Assembly: GCA_963806225.1 (NCBI GenBank)
Contig: CAWDXG010000004.1
Location: 704,001-768,000 of the forward strand
Direction of reading: 5' to 3'
DNA length: 64,000 bases
Origin: an uncultured delta proteobacterium
GTDB lineage: Bacteria; Myxococcota_A; Polyangia; Polyangiales; Polyangiaceae
The notes below the pieces were generated by a model that saw only the letters and a list, made by a program, of their open reading frames with translations, was not told where the DNA came from and did no database searches. The position numbers were made by a program, and so were the translations under genes. How positions within the stretch are numbered: position 1 is the first letter of the stretch; each line of letters opens with the position of its first letter. Positions 31,597 through 42,956 of this stretch are shown here, in pieces.

Positions 31597-34500
31597 TCAG
31601 GCCGCGCGCCCGGAGCTCTCGAGCTCGTGGCAGAAAAGGCCGGCGTCAACCGCCTCGCGCGCCAGTTCCACCAGATGCTCGTGGTGCGTGAAGAAAAGCA
31701 CCTGAGTCGTGTGCGATAGCTCGGAAAGCACCCCCAGCGCCGCGCGGGCTCGCTGGGGGTCGAAGTGAATCAGAACGTCGTCGAGCACGACCGGCAGCGG
31801 CTCGTTGTGCAGAGCGAACCGCTCCAGGCTCGCCACGCGCAGCGCGAGATACAGCTGGTCGCGCGTCCCGTCGGAAAGCGCCTCGATATCGACGGGCGCG
31901 CCGTCGGCGCGCACGCAGCGCAGTACAGCCTCGTCGTCTTCCCCGAAATCAACCTGCAGCCCCCGGTAGCGCCCGACGGTCAAGCGCGGAAACAGCTCCT
32001 GGGCGCGCGAGATGATCGGCCCCTCGTTGTGCTCGCGATAGCGCTCGAGCTCGCGGCGCAGCACGCGGCTGGCGAGGCGCGCGCGGGCGTAGCGTTCCGC
32101 CAGCTCCTCGATGCGCGCCAGCTGTTGCTCGGCGTCGGCGGCGGCGTCAGCGGCACCCGATCCCCCCAGCTGCTCCAGACCGCGCTCGCGGCCGCCGATG
32201 TCCTGATCGACACCGCGCAGCGCTTCCTCGATCTCGGCGAGCTCGTGTTCAATGTCGAAGAGCCTGCCGCGGGCGGCGGCCTCGTCGCACTCCGACACGG
32301 CACGCGCCAGCGCCTCGAAAGGTTCGCCGCCCCGCACGTCCAGCAGCTGCTCGTCCAGCTCGCGGAGCTTTTGTTCGAGTTCCCGCGCTTGCTCCGACCG
32401 CTGTTCGGCAGCCTCCAGACCGGCCAGGTCCGTGGCGCCCGCGGCAGCGAGCAACTCGGCGAGGTCCTGTTCAGCATGCTCCGCCTCGCGCACGAGCTCC
32501 GCGCATTCCCGGCGCCGGCTCTCGATGTCGCGTTCCAGCGCGACGCGGCTGTCGAAGTCGCGCCGCGCCTTGTCGTAGCGGGCGAGAAGGCCAGCGGCCG
32601 CTTCGAGCAGCGGCAGCGGAGCCAGCGACGGCGCATGGGCCTGTACCAGCTCGCCGACCTCGGCAGACAGCTTCCGCGCGTCGCGCTCCATGCTCGCGAT
32701 CCGGCGACGGGCATCGACCATCTTCTCGGCGTGGCTCGACAGCTCCACCAGCTCGGCGAGCACCGCGCGGACCTCGGCCGGCGACGCGCCGGCCTCGAGC
32801 CCGAGCTCGCCGACCACCGGTGCCCACTCGGCCTGCCACGCCTCGAGCTGGCTCCGGCGCTCCTCGACGCGACTCGCTGCGCGCTGCAGCTCGGCATGCA
32901 GCTCGCGGAGCGTGCCGTCGAGCTGCTGCCGCTCGCCCTGGATGGACGCGCGCTGCTGCACCTCCGCGGCGCCGCGCTCCACCAGCGACGCCAGCGCCGC
33001 GTCGTCCGCAGCGTCCAGCGCCGCGCGGAGAGCCTCGACGAGCAGACGCCGCCGCTCGAGCAGGTCGTCGCGCTCGCGCTTGTGCGAGGCAAGCTGCTGC
33101 ACCCGCGCCGACAGCTCGCCGTGACGGGCTAGCCACCCGCGCATCTCGCGGGGAGACAGGGGTTCGACCCCGGAGGCGCGCCAGGCCCCGGTCCACTCGC
33201 CCGCCAACGCCTGCTCCGACAGGTGCAGCGCGCCGAGCTCGACTCCGACGCGTTCGAGCTCCTGCTTGGCGCGGGCTTGTTCCGCGCCAAGGCTCGCGAG
33301 CTGCTCCACGCGCCCAGCCTCGCGCCGCAGGCGATCCGCGACGAGGTCAGCCTGCATCTGCGCGCGCTCGAAGGCGCCGTCCAGCGGCTGCTCGTCATCG
33401 AACCGGGTCGCCTCGGCGCTCACGTCTTCGCCCTGGTTCCATGCGCGCCGCACCAGCTGCCAGCCCTCGTCGCGGCGCGCGCGTGCCGCAGCGAGGTCCT
33501 CCTCCGTCGGCACCGCGCCCGCGCGCTGCAGTTGATCGAGCTGCTCGCCGCAGCGGTCCAGTGTACGGCGAAGCTGCTCACGCTGCTCGAGCAGCGCTCG
33601 GCGGCCCTGCTCGACCTCGGCGAAGCGCGCCTCGAAACGGTCGATGCTTTCCTGCGACAGCAACGGCAGTGCCGGCAGCTCGGCGAGCGCACCGGACCAG
33701 CGCCCGAGCGCCGCGAACCGTTGCTCCGCTTCCCGTTCCGCCTTTTCAATCTCCGACTCGCAGGTGACGAGGCGCGCGTCGAGATCCGCGTCGCGCTGTG
33801 CCGCCGCCACCGCGCGCTCGAGCGTTCCGCTGTCCGGCACCGCGGGTAGAGCGGCCAGGCGCCGCTCGGTGGTGGCGCGCTTGTCCTCGAGCTCCCGCTT
33901 CTGCTCCTCGGCCGCAAGCAACTGGTCGGCGAAGCGCTGGTGCTGGAGCTCGAGCTCGCGAACCTTCGCCTGCAGCACCACATCCGGCACGAGAATCGAC
34001 GGCCCGCTCCAGCGGCTCGGCGCGACCCAGGCGGCGCAGCACGGCGGCCACCGCCGCTTCGTGCACCTCGAGCTCGCCGCGACGCTTCGGAAGGTCCCGC
34101 GCGGCCTTGCGCTCCGCCGCGAGGCGATCGCGCAACAAGTCCATGCGCTGCTCGTCCAGGGCTGCCAGCGCTTCGGGCACGTCGAGCCCGCCACGGCGCT
34201 GCTCGAGCGCCTCGAGCTCGCGGCGCCGGCGCCCGAGCTCGCGCTTCGCGTCGGCGAGCGCGCTCTGGGCAGCCTCGCGCCGCTTGCGCGAATCGGCGGC
34301 GAGCAGCGGGTCGTCGCCCAGGTTCCTCTTCTCCTCGGACAGTGCCTGGCGCCTCGATACGAGCTGCCGGGCGCGCTGGATGCGGGTGAGCCGCTGCTCC
34401 TCCGACGCCAGCTCCGTACGGCGTGCGGCCAATCGGTCGCGCTCCGCGTGCGCATCATCCAGCGCGCGCTTCTGCTCGTGCCAGGCTTCGGGCCGTAGGC

Positions 34501-35098
34501 TTTCGTGGCTCCTCTGCTTTTTCGCGTCGTCGAACGCCTTCAGCGCAGCGTTGAGTGCCGGAGTGCTGGCGCGAGGGCGGAACAGCTCGTCGGCTTCGCG
34601 TTGCAGTGCTTCGAGCAACTCGCGGATGCCGCGTCCACCCAGACTGGCATCGAACAGGGTCTCGCCTACGTCGCCCTTGCCGGCGAGCAACGCGTTGCCG
34701 CCTTCGCGGAGCGTGACGTGATCGAGCCCGAACATGTTCTTGAACAGTGCCTCGCCGACGCCACCCAGCAGTCGCCCGAGCACGCCCTCGTCCAGGGGCT
34801 TGTCGCCAGGCCCGAGCAGGGTGTTCTTGCGGCCCTTGCGCCGGACCAGCTCGAGCTCGTGGCCGTCGGCAGCGCGGATGCGCGCGCCGATGCGCAGATC
34901 CGGCATGCGATGCAGGTGTGCGTCGCGCGTCTTCTCGGGAATGCCGTAGAGCAGCCCGGTGATGGCGCGGAGCGCGGTGCTCTTGCCTGCCTCGTTGTGC
35001 CCGTAGACGACGTGCAGCCCAGGCTCGCCGCCGGAAAAATCAATCACGCGGCCGGTAAACGGCCCAAACGCCGCCAGCTCGAGCGAAAGGAAGCGCAT
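31597..35098 (-). CDS. YhaN-like SMC/Rad50-type ATPase, interrupted by a +1 frameshift near 33994
   Basis: MRFLSLELAAFGPF, Walker A GHNEAGKST, long coiled coil, signature LSDGTRDQLYLALR, Walker B VVLDDVLIHFD, FFTHH; removing one A at 33994-33995 gives 1166 aa. Confidence 0.88.
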
Positions 35099-35100
35099 GG

Positions 35101-36361
35101 CTAGCGCTCCTCCCGCGACAAGAGACGCGGCAGGAGCTGCTGCTCCACGTCGGACAGGACCTCGCGCAGACGCCCGGGGTCGTCCAGCCGCAGGCTGCGG
35201 CTTCCCTCGCGAAGCTCGCGCGGGAGCTTCTTCCGCAGCTCCGACAGCTCGCCCGCAAGCAGACCGAGCTCGGCGTCGCTGGCGCGGAGCTCGGCGAGCG
35301 ACTTGAGCAGCTGTCCGACCGCGTCGTCGCTCTCGGCGAGCGCGACGAGGTCGACCTCGTCGCGCGTGCGCAGACGGACCTTCTCGACCCAGAACGTCGT
35401 CTCCCGCGAGCTCCAGAGCGGCCTGCCGCACGTTGTGGACCCAGCGCTCCGGTTCCGCCGCGAGCTCGGCGTGGGCGCGGGTCATGCCGTCGACCTCGAC
35501 GCGCACCGCGAGGGTGCGGCCCTCGGCCGTCGCGAGCTCGCGCTCGATTCCCACGCGCGCCAGGTCGACCACCTCGTCGGCGCTGGAGGCCTCGCTCGCG
35601 TCCACGCGGCACACCGCCCAGCGCACGACGTCCAGCACCCTGTGCTCCACCGCCACGATGCGCCCGGCGTCGATCTCGATCAGCGTGGCGCCCTTCGGCC
35701 CGGTCTCGCGCGCGTGGCGCCCCTGTAGATTGCCCGGGAAGACGACCCACGGATCGGTCGACAGCACTTCCCGCTGGTGCACGTGACCCAGGGCCCAGTA
35801 GTCGTAGCCCTTGCCGACCAGATCCTCCACGCGACACGGCGCGTATACGTCGTGCCCTTCGCGGCCGGTGGCAGAGGTGTGGAGCAGCCCGATGTTCACC
35901 AGCCCCCTCTGCGGCGACGGATAGCCCTTCGAAAGATCCTCGTCGACCGCACCCCGCGCGAAGCTCTGCCCGTGCACGACGATTCCGGCCTCCGCGAACT
36001 CGATGCTCTCGGGCCGCTTGTCGGACAGCTCGCGCACATTGTCGGGCAGCCTGAGCCGCCGGACGACGCGGCTGGCAGCATCGTGGTTGCCGCGCACCCA
36101 CACCACCTGCACGCCCGCCTCCGCGAGCTGCGCCATCTGCGCCGCGAAGAACAACCCCGTCGAGTAGTCGTCCCATTCGCCGTCGAACAGATCTCCGGCG
36201 ACCAGAAGCAGGCGCGCATCCTGCTCGAGGCACAGCTCGACCAGGTTCTCCAGAGCGCGCCGGGTAGCGCCGCGGATCTCCTGGACCGGCGCGCCTTCAT
36301 AACGCTCGAGCCCGCGCAGCGGACTGTCCAGGTGCAGGTCGGCCGCGTGCACGATCTTCAC
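35101..36361 (-). CDS. YhaO-like Mre11/SbcD family exonuclease, interrupted by a +1 frameshift near 35393
   Basis: GTG start with GAGGGGAG RBS; HAADLHLDSP, AGDLFD, GNHD, GLLHT, WALGHVH, FPGNLQGRH; the corrected C-terminus DDVWVEKVRLRT...LLSREER ends at TAG 35101-35103 (419 aa). Confidence 0.88.
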
Positions 36362-36607
36362 GGCGTAGCTCCCCTCGGACCGGACACGGCCGGTCCATAG
36401 CACGGCGCCAGGCCGGCTCCGGCCGGCCCGGACAGGAGCTGTCCGCCCCCGGAAGTGCAACCGGACGGCGCCACCGGGCAATCGGCCGGTCGCTTCCGCG
36501 CCGCACGTGCCGAAGCCCCGGCAATGCACTCGCTTTCCCGGATGGGTCGTGCATCATCCTCCGGTACCCTTCTTCGCAGCCGAGCCGACATGCACCTGTC
36601 TTCCGGG

Positions 36608-37312
36608 ATGATCGCCAATCTCATCGTCTGGTACCTCGTGTTTGTCTTCAGCACGACGTTCCACGAGTTCGCGCACACGTTCGTCGCCTACAAAGGCGGC
36701 GACTCCACCGCCTACGAAGGCGGGCACGTCAGCCTCGACCCCATCCCGCACATCCGGCGCTCGCCGTTCGGCATGGTGCTCGTTCCGCTCATCTCGTTCG
36801 TCCAGATGGGCTGGATGCTCGGCTGGGCGTCGGTTCCCTACGACCCGGAGTGGGGGCGGCGACACCCGCGCCGGCAGGCTCTCATGTCGCTCGCCGGTCC
36901 TGCGGCCAATCTGCTGCTGGCGCTGGTCGCGCTGGTCATCATGCGCGCGCTCCTGGCCGCCGGCGTCTTCGTGGCTCCGAACCAGGTGAGCTTCACCCAC
37001 CTGGTCGTGCTCGCCAAGGACCCGAACAGCCACACGCCGCTCGCCGCGGGGGCGATGGCGCTGTCGATCATGATGAATCTCAACGTCTTGCTGGGGCTCT
37101 TCAACCTGATCCCAATCCCCCCGCTGGATGGAGCGGGCGTGGTGGAGGGCGCGGCCCCCCGTGCCACAGCGTCGTTCTACCAGCAGATGCGCTCCTCCGG
37201 CTTCATGCAGATCGCAGGGCTGATCCTGGCCTGGCAGCTGTTTCCCTACATCGCCCGCCCGGCGTTTTCGCTGGTCCTGATGCTGGTCCACCCCGGCGTC
37301 CACTATCAGTGA
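36608..37312 (+). CDS. Site-2 protease (peptidase M50) family membrane metalloprotease
   Basis: HEFAH, LAGPAAN, FNLIPIPPLDG; start 36590 or 36608. Confidence 0.9.
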   Translation: MIANLIVWYLVFVFSTTFHEFAHTFVAYKGGDSTAYEGGHVSLDPIPHIRRSPFGMVLVPLISFVQMGWMLGWASVPYDPEWGRRHPRRQALMSLAGPAANLLLALVALVIMRALLAAGVFVAPNQVSFTHLVVLAKDPNSHTPLAAGAMALSIMMNLNVLLGLFNLIPIPPLDGAGVVEGAAPRATASFYQQMRSSGFMQIAGLILAWQLFPYIARPAFSLVLMLVHPGVHYQ

Positions 37313-37366
37313 GATCCGGGCTGCTTGCGTTGCGGCGACGCGTCACTATGCTCCGTATCGGGAAGA

Positions 37367-39157
37367 ATGGGGGACCCTGCACTGCTCGACAAGCTCGAGA
37401 CAGCTCGCCGCGCGTTTGTGCGAGATGCACGGAACGCGAAGGGGGTGGTCTTGCGTCCGCTGCTCGACACGCTCGATCGGACGCTGGAGGCGCTCAGGAG
37501 CGCAGCGCCCGGACATCGCAATGCGGCAACCAACGACGTAGCAGAGCCGGCGACTCCCACGGGCCTCCTGCTGGCGCTGCTCGAAAGCACGACCGACATC
37601 ATCTTCGCCAAGGACCTCCAGGGCCGCTATCTGATGATCAACGAGGCCGGAGCGCGAGCGATAGGCCGTCCGGTTTCCGAGGTGATCGGCCGCAATGCCC
37701 GCGAGCTTTTGTCTCCGGAGATGGCCGACCGGATCCTCGAGGCCGACACGAACGTGCTCGAAGCGGCGGACACGCGCACGCTGGAGAACCTCGCCAACGT
37801 CGAAGGCGAAAGCCGCGTCTATCTGTCCACGAAAGGCGTCCTCCGCGACAGGGCCGGGGTCGTCACTGGGCTCTTCGGCATCGCCCGCGACATCACCGAC
37901 CGCAAGCGTCGCGAGCAGGAGCACGCCGAACTGCTGCGTTCCGAGCAGATAGCGCGGGAGAATGCCGAACGCGCCGCGCGCGCGCTCGGCGATCTGCTCG
38001 CCGTGACGGAGGCGGCGCTCTCGCGTCTCGATCTCCATGAACTGCTCGACAGCGTGGCCGTGAAGGTGGAAGCCGTGTTCCGCGCCGACACGGTCGCAAT
38101 CCTGCTGCGCTCCGAGGACGACGACGTGCTGGTGGTGAGCGCCGCACGAGGCATCGTCGATGACGACGAGATCGGATCCCACGTGCCGTTCTCGGGAACC
38201 GTTGCCCGACAGGTGATGGAGCGCGAAAGTCCGCTTCGCGTCGAGGACCTCTCACAGGTCGAGGTCAGCCCGCCCGGGCTCAAGGCAGCGGGGATCCGCT
38301 CGTTGCTGCTCGCGCCAATGCGGCTCGGCGATCGGGCAGCAGGCGTCCTGCATGTCGGGACACTCGAACCGGGGCGATTCGACGACAACGACGCACGACT
38401 CCTCCAGCTCGTCGCCGACCGCGTCGCGCAGGCCGTCGAGCACGCGCGCCTGTTCGAGGCGAGCCAGCGCGCGATCCGCGCGCGCGACGAGATGCTTGCG
38501 GTGATCTCCCACGATCTCGGCAATCCGCTCAACGGCATCGTGCTGAATGCGAACCTGCTCGATCGCCGGCTCGACCGCGACGACCAACGACCTCACAGCT
38601 ACGTGGACCGCATCCGCCGCGACGCGGATCGCATGCACCACATGGTGCTTGACCTGCTCGACACCGCGAGCCTCGACGCTGGCAGTCTCGCCCTCGATCG
38701 CGGGCTCTGGCCCGCCGAGTCGCTCTTGACGGAAGCCGTCGACATTCTCGCGCCGCTGGCCGACGACCGCAGCATCCAGCTCGAGTCCGCTTCGTGCGAG
38801 CCTGGGCTCGTGGTCGATTGTGATCGCCAGCGTACCCTGCGCGTGTTCTCGAACCTGATCGGCAATGCGATAAAGTTCACGCCGGAGCAGGGTCGCGTGT
38901 GCGTGTCCGCGGCTCGCGACGGCGCCCACGTCCGTTTCACGGTAGAAGACACCGGCCCCGGCATTGCGCCCGAGCACATCGGCAGCGTCTTCAGCCGCTA
39001 CTGGCAGGCCCCCGGCGGCCAACGTCGAGGTCGAGGCCTGGGCCTGTACATCGCCAAGGGCATCGTCGAAGCACACGGCGGCGCGATCTGGATCGACCGT
39101 GCCGACGGCGGCGGCGCGCGGTTTTCCTTCACGCTGCCCGCCGAGCCCGAGCGCTGA
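37367..39157 (+). CDS. PAS-GAF sensor histidine kinase
   Basis: PAS (IFAKDLQGRYLMIN...GIARDITDRK), GAF, H-box ISHDLGNPL, N-box NLIGNAIKF, DTGPGI, GLGLYI. Confidence 0.92.
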   Translation: MGDPALLDKLETARRAFVRDARNAKGVVLRPLLDTLDRTLEALRSAAPGHRNAATNDVAEPATPTGLLLALLESTTDIIFAKDLQGRYLMINEAGARAIGRPVSEVIGRNARELLSPEMADRILEADTNVLEAADTRTLENLANVEGESRVYLSTKGVLRDRAGVVTGLFGIARDITDRKRREQEHAELLRSEQIARENAERAARALGDLLAVTEAALSRLDLHELLDSVAVKVEAVFRADTVAILLRSEDDDVLVVSAARGIVDDDEIGSHVPFSGTVARQVMERESPLRVEDLSQVEVSPPGLKAAGIRSLLLAPMRLGDRAAGVLHVGTLEPGRFDDNDARLLQLVADRVAQAVEHARLFEASQRAIRARDEMLAVISHDLGNPLNGIVLNANLLDRRLDRDDQRPHSYVDRIRRDADRMHHMVLDLLDTASLDAGSLALDRGLWPAESLLTEAVDILAPLADDRSIQLESASCEPGLVVDCDRQRTLRVFSNLIGNAIKFTPEQGRVCVSAARDGAHVRFTVEDTGPGIAPEHIGSVFSRYWQAPGGQRRGRGLGLYIAKGIVEAHGGAIWIDRADGGGARFSFTLPAEPER

Positions 39158-39399
39158 CGCTACAGCGCGAAAATTCCACCGGGATGCGAGGGCTGCTCAC
39201 GCCGCGGTAGGCCGCGAACGGAAAAGTGCAGCCACACGCACAGTGGGGGCATTTTCTCTCGCAGAAGCTCGACGTAGCGGCCGAAACGGTAATAATCACC
39301 GGTGCGCGGGCTCGTCCGCACGCATCCTTCGACGGCTTGCGCGCACCACGGAACGGACGCCTCCTCGGGCACAGCGGAACGACACAAGGAGCGGGACCG

Positions 39400-41208
39400 A
39401 TGCGAAGCTGGTTTGCATTCTTGGCAGCGGGGGCAATTGTTCTTGGTTGCGGATCGCCGAACAGCTCCGGCTTCAACGGCTTCGGGGGCAGTGGCGGCCA
39501 GGCCGCGAGCGGCGGCAATGGTGGCGCGGGCGGGAACGTCGGCGCGGCGGGATGCACCAAGGACCCCGACTGCAACGCATGCAAGGGCTGCTACGCGCTG
39601 TGCATCTGCACGACCGGCAGCTCGAAGGTCCAGTGCGAGAACGCCTGCGGCCTGCCGACCGGCGGCAGCGGCGGCTCCAGCAGCGGCGGCTCCGGCAGCA
39701 GCGGCGGTAGCAGCGGCAGCGGCAGCGGCGGAACCAGCGTCGGCGGCAACGGCGGCTCCAGCAGCGGCGGCTCCAGCAGCGGCGGCTCGGGAGGGCAACC
39801 CGCCACCCAGGGCGCGCTCGCCGGGGGGATCTCGATCTCGCAGATCGTCATCAACCAGGGCGTATCCATCGCGATCGAGAAGAACGGGCAGGCGGTATCG
39901 AACCGCAACGCGCCGGTCGTGCAGGGACGCCAAGCGCTGATGCGGGTCTTCGTCGCTCCAGGCGGCGGGTTCTCGTCCAGGACGATCGTCGGGCGCCTGT
40001 CCATCACTGGCGCAAACGACCAGACCGTCAACAAGAGCGTGAGCGGCGCCTCCAGCCAGAGCAATCTCGGCAGCACCTTCAACTTCACCATTCCAGCCGC
40101 GCAGATGACGGGCAGCACGAAGTTCGCCGTGCGCCTCGAAGAAGCGAGCGGCTCGACCAAGGGTACCGTCAACGGCGCGACCTATCCGGCCTCGGGCACT
40201 GCGAGCATGAGCGCAGAGAGCACACACGGCGCGTTCAAGGTCATCGTCGTCCCCGTGGTGATGAACGGGTACACGCCGCAGGTCCCCAAGAGCACGCTGG
40301 TGAACACCTTGATGTCGGTGTACCCGGCGAGCGCGATCAACATGACCGTGCACGCTGCGGTCAACTACCCGTACGGCTCGGTGAGCGCGAATGGCACGGG
40401 CTGGGACCAGGCACTGCAGTGGGCGATGGGCCTGCGCAACCAGCTCGGCGTCGACTCGAAGACGTTCATCTACGGGGCGCTCGCACCGGCCAGCTCCATG
40501 CAGGGCTTCTGCGGCGGCGGCTGCGTCGCCGGCCTCGGCAGCGTGCCGCCCGCGAACTACACCTCCGGGCGCGCCGCGGTCGGCCTCGGCTACTTCCCGG
40601 ACGGCTCGGGCGGCCCCAGCAACTACTCGGGCGGCGCGCCGTTCACCATGGCGCACGAGCTCGGTCACGCGCTCGGACGGAACCACGCCAACTGCAGCCA
40701 GGGTGGCAGCATCTCGGGCGTCGACCCCAACTACCCATACCAGAACGGCTCGATCGGCGCGTGGGGCTACGACCTCAACGCCAAGCAGCTCAAGAACCCG
40801 AGCCAGTTCAAGGACTTCATGGGCTACTGCAACCCGGACTGGATCAGCGACTACACGTACTCGGGGATCTTCACGCGCGAGTCGTACGTCAACGCCAACG
40901 GCTACATCATCCAGAACGGCGATTCGCTGCGCGCGCCAGGCCGCTTCCGCATCGCCATCATCGAGCCCGACGGCACCATGCACTGGATGAACACCGTGAA
41001 CACGACAGAGCCGGTGTGGGGCGAGGAGCGTGAGGTGCAGACACGCGACAAGGCCGGCAACGTGGTTGGCACCGTCGTCGGGTTCTACCAGCCGCTTGCG
41101 GACCTGGCAGGCGGCACTCTGTACGTGCGCGAAAGCTCCGTCAGCGTGGAGTCCGGCGTGCATGCGATCGCGGCGCCCGGGCTGAGCCCGACCGTGCTCG
41201 GGATGTAG
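39400..41208 (+). CDS. Lipoprotein zinc metalloprotease (M66-like metzincin) with Gly/Ser linkers
   Basis: AAGGAG RBS; lipobox VLG-C; HELGHALGRNH zinc motif; DFMGYC Met-turn; WISDYTY. Confidence 0.82.
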   Translation: MRSWFAFLAAGAIVLGCGSPNSSGFNGFGGSGGQAASGGNGGAGGNVGAAGCTKDPDCNACKGCYALCICTTGSSKVQCENACGLPTGGSGGSSSGGSGSSGGSSGSGSGGTSVGGNGGSSSGGSSSGGSGGQPATQGALAGGISISQIVINQGVSIAIEKNGQAVSNRNAPVVQGRQALMRVFVAPGGGFSSRTIVGRLSITGANDQTVNKSVSGASSQSNLGSTFNFTIPAAQMTGSTKFAVRLEEASGSTKGTVNGATYPASGTASMSAESTHGAFKVIVVPVVMNGYTPQVPKSTLVNTLMSVYPASAINMTVHAAVNYPYGSVSANGTGWDQALQWAMGLRNQLGVDSKTFIYGALAPASSMQGFCGGGCVAGLGSVPPANYTSGRAAVGLGYFPDGSGGPSNYSGGAPFTMAHELGHALGRNHANCSQGGSISGVDPNYPYQNGSIGAWGYDLNAKQLKNPSQFKDFMGYCNPDWISDYTYSGIFTRESYVNANGYIIQNGDSLRAPGRFRIAIIEPDGTMHWMNTVNTTEPVWGEEREVQTRDKAGNVVGTVVGFYQPLADLAGGTLYVRESSVSVESGVHAIAAPGLSPTVLGM

Positions 41209-41220
41209 CGCAGACCGGAT

Positions 41221-41886
41221 TCAGCCCGTAGGCACCAACCCCACGGGACAGCTGACGCCGGTGCCACCGAGGCCGCAGTAGCCGTCGGGGTTCTTTGCCA
41301 GGTACTGCTGGTGGTAGTCCTCGGCGTAGTAGAACTCCGGCGCGTCGCGGATCTCCGTCGTGATGGTGCCGTGGCCGGCTTCGGCGAGCACCTTCTGGTA
41401 GGCATCGCGTGACGCCGCGGCTGCCCGCTTCTGCGCTTCGTCGAAGCAGTAGACGGCAGAGCGGTACTGCGTGCCGACGTCGTTGCCCTGGCGCATGCCC
41501 TGCGTCGGATCGTGATTTTCCCAGAAGATCGCGAGCAGCGCCTCGTAGCTCTTGACGGCCGGGTCGTAGACGACAAGCACGACCTCCGTGTGGCCGGTCT
41601 GGCCGCTACAGACCTCGCGGTACGTCGGATTCGGCGTCAGACCTCCGGCGTAGCCGACCGCTGTCGAGTAGACGCCAGGGGCCTGCCAGAACTTGCGCTC
41701 CGCACCCCAGAAGCATCCCATGCCGAACACCGCCTGCTCGGTCCCCTCGGGGAACGGCGGCGTCATCCGCGCACCGTTCACGACGTGCTGTTCCGGGACG
41801 AGCATCGCTTCCTCGCGCCCCGGCAACGCCTCCCGGGCCGAGGGGAGCTCGAGCTTCTTCGGATTCATCCACATGCGGCAGATCAT
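41221..41886 (-). CDS. msrA: Peptide-methionine (S)-S-oxide reductase
   Basis: [67 protein letters not shown]. Confidence 0.95.
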   Translation of the reverse strand: MICRMWMNPKKLELPSAREALPGREEAMLVPEQHVVNGARMTPPFPEGTEQAVFGMGCFWGAERKFWQAPGVYSTAVGYAGGLTPNPTYREVCSGQTGHTEVVLVVYDPAVKSYEALLAIFWENHDPTQGMRQGNDVGTQYRSAVYCFDEAQKRAAAASRDAYQKVLAEAGHGTITTEIRDAPEFYYAEDYHQQYLAKNPDGYCGLGGTGVSCPVGLVPTG

Positions 41887-41939
41887 GGCGACCTCTGCTC
41901 TGGATGAAAAGCCCCGGCGCTCCGGTTCCCCGCCTTTTC

Positions 41940-42782
41940 CTAGCCTTGGCCCTTCGACTTCGCCTTGCGCTTCGAGGTGCGCTTGCGCTTGGCAGCGCGG
42001 CGAGCCCGGGACTCGAGCGCATCGAGCGAAGTGGCGGCGCGAAGGTGGGCGGCGGCCGCCGCCGTCTCCACGTCGACGTCCTCGGCACCGACATGCAGCT
42101 CCTCGGCGTCGATAGGCTCGTCGTCGTGGGGATTGTCCTCGAAGGTCAGTACGTGATCGAACAGCGAGTCGGCGTCCGCGAAGGCCGCAGCGAGCGGCGC
42201 GATTTCGCTCTTTGCAAGCGACTGGATGCCGAAGCGCATCGCCATCACGAGCGTCTCGCGCACTCCCCTTCCTTCCACCGACGTAGCCGGAACGATGGGG
42301 ACCGCCTTGCCGAGCTTGAGCCGGCGACGCAGAAGCTCCTCCTTGAGCGCAGAAGGATGATCCTGCTTGTTGGCCTGCACGACCAACGGCAAGGGCGCGT
42401 CGCGCTTCTTCATCGACGCACGCAGCCGCGCGAACGTGCGCATGGTATCGGGAAACTGCGGCGGAGTGCAGTCGCACACGAAGACGACCACGTCGGCCAT
42501 TTCCACCAGCGGACGGCGCCGGTAGTTGCGCTGCACCTGCCCCGGGACGGTGATGAGTTGCATCTTGATCTTTGCACCGCCCTGCGGCGGCGCGTCGACC
42601 TCGAGCCAGTCGAAGAACATCGTGCGGCCCTTGAGCTCGGCCGGCGTGTACATTTCGCTGCGGCGCTTGGTCGAGACCAGACGGCACACCTGCTGCAGGT
42701 TGGTCGTCTTGCCCGCGAAGCCGGGGCCATCGTAGACGATGCGCACTACGTAGCAGTCACGTGCGGAATCGTAGGAGGCCAT
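41940..42782 (-). CDS. MglA-like small GTPase with C-terminal extension
   Basis: G1 [11 protein letters not shown], switch [10 protein letters not shown]3 TVPGQ, G4 NKQD. Confidence 0.85.
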   Translation of the reverse strand: MASYDSARDCYVVRIVYDGPGFAGKTTNLQQVCRLVSTKRRSEMYTPAELKGRTMFFDWLEVDAPPQGGAKIKMQLITVPGQVQRNYRRRPLVEMADVVVFVCDCTPPQFPDTMRTFARLRASMKKRDAPLPLVVQANKQDHPSALKEELLRRRLKLGKAVPIVPATSVEGRGVRETLVMAMRFGIQSLAKSEIAPLAAAFADADSLFDHVLTFEDNPHDDEPIDAEELHVGAEDVDVETAAAAAHLRAATSLDALESRARRAAKRKRTSKRKAKSKGQG

Positions 42783-42803
42783 GCCTGGACCTAGCTACCG
42801 CGA

Positions 42804-42834
42804 CTTCAGCTGCAATGAAACCCTGCAGCTGAAG
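42804..42834. promoter_or_regulatory. 11-bp perfect inverted repeat with 9-nt spacer in a divergent intergenic region
   Basis: CTTCAGCTGCA-ATGAAACCC-TGCAGCTGAAG. Confidence 0.55.
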
Positions 42835-42956
42835 CAGCTGGAAAGCCGCCCCGCCGCGTCTGCCGCCGCGTCCGGCGCGCCCGGCTGGCAGGGGGGGTCA
42901 CGCGGCCGGCCGCACGTCCTACGGCGCCGCTCGCGATCCGCGCTATATGGTGACAG

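Noticed and set aside
33746..36529. Apparent 927-aa nuclease-ATPase fusion ORF
   Set aside because: It is produced by the frameshift at 35393. The corrected nuclease stops at 35101-35103 and the ATPase has its own GGAGGAG RBS and ATG at 35098.
39288..39302. CGGT-AATAATC-ACCG short palindrome upstream of the metalloprotease
   Set aside because: The arms are too short to distinguish from chance in a GC-rich sequence.
39660..39795. GGCGGCTCCAGCAGC-type short repeats (similar tracts at about 7900-8075 and 24040-24160)
   Set aside because: They encode Gly/Ser linkers of lipoproteins. There are no unique spacers or cas genes, so this is not a CRISPR array.
41221..42687. 488-aa MsrA with a long N-terminal extension (similar extensions at 7255, 11145, 49120, 50073, 56334)
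   Set aside because: The extensions overlap neighbouring genes and are low-complexity Arg/Ala/Pro. Downstream starts fit the families better.
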